From the NCBI GenBank assembly GCA_963727525.1, contig CAVSGO010000006.1, positions 192,001 through 256,000 of the forward strand: a stretch of 64,000 bases of DNA, in the 5' to 3' direction. A model generated the notes under the pieces. The model saw only the letters and a program-made list of their open reading frames with translations, made no database searches and was not told the DNA's origin. Below are positions 63,457 to 64,000 of the stretch, in pieces (position 1 is the stretch's first letter; each line of letters starts with the position of its first letter). A program made the position numbers and the translations under genes. This DNA comes from an uncultured bacterium (GTDB lineage: Bacteria; Krumholzibacteriota; Krumholzibacteriia; LZORAL124-64-63).

Positions 63457-63762
63457 CGTGAACTCCCTTGAATGATGAACTTCTAGCACACCGGGCGGCA
63501 GAGGAGCCCGAGCGGTCGCGATGCGGCCGATCCTACCACCGAAGCGCCCGGGATTCCAGAGCCGTCCCATCGCCTGGTTGCGGGCGGACATCGATCCCGA
63601 AGCCCAGGACCACAGCCGCCCTCCGATGCCATGCGACCGATACCTGGAGCTGGAATGACCAGCGCATGATGATGCCTTACGTTCACCCCCTCGGAATCTC
63701 GCCTGACATGAGTTCTGGAATATTCCATTGCCTTTTCGTCTCAATTATGGTCAAATTGTAGG

Positions 63763-64000
63763 ATGAATGACTTCAAAAGATTTCGACGAATTGCGCTACC
63801 CTGCGCGCTTGCCTTGCTCCCCTTGGTCTCGTTCCCCGTAGCCGCGAAGGATCGGGACCAGGTCCCGGCGAGGTTTCAGAACGAGGTCCCTGACGACCCC
63901 TACATTGCATCTCCCCTTGCGGAACATCCGAGGTCTCCCGCCACGCGATTCTCCCGAGATTCATTCTTCGTCGTCCAGGTGAACGTCGATGCTCTCGGGC
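63763..64000 (+). CDS. 5' end of a secreted protein (partial; possibly BNR/sialidase-like)
   Basis: MNDFKRFRRIALPCALALLP.. signal peptide then ..VQVNVDALG, open to the window end. Confidence 0.55.
   Translation, partial: MNDFKRFRRIALPCALALLPLVSFPVAAKDRDQVPARFQNEVPDDPYIASPLAEHPRSPATRFSRDSFFVVQVNVDALG

Overview
GC-rich bacterial chromosomal segment, densely coding with about 50 genes. I found no rRNA, tRNA or CRISPR array. Several secreted proteins end in PNPFNP-type FlgD/T9SS-like tails and one ends in a 'WGDLKSIYR' tail, which suggests an FCB-group candidate lineage such as Krumholzibacteriota or Latescibacterota (inference). The window mixes housekeeping genes (nadE, deoD, nhaA, HU, ABC-F, YgiQ, RsmB-like, fused homoaconitase, glgA-like) with accessory modules. 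These include: (i) an Rrf2 / ric-qNor nitric-oxide locus with two matching 16-bp palindromic operators; (ii) an ECF sigma / zinc anti-sigma pair beside two back-to-back promoters of identical architecture that face uncharacterised Met/His-rich and secreted proteins; (iii) a butyrate kinase fused to an apparently catalytically dead phosphotransacylase domain, followed by an intact Ptb; (iv) an ElsL-like YkuD plus stand-alone MurC/Mpl pair; (v) a complete ~1.23-kb IS with 25-bp perfect inverted repeats, an atypical IS1-like transposase and mirror-image C/G skew; (vi) an octaheme HAO-like cytochrome coupled to a 4-His membrane protein; and (vii) a decayed patch with a frameshifted RelE/ParE toxin and a ppk1 fragment. 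All family calls come from motif recognition by eye; no database searches were run.
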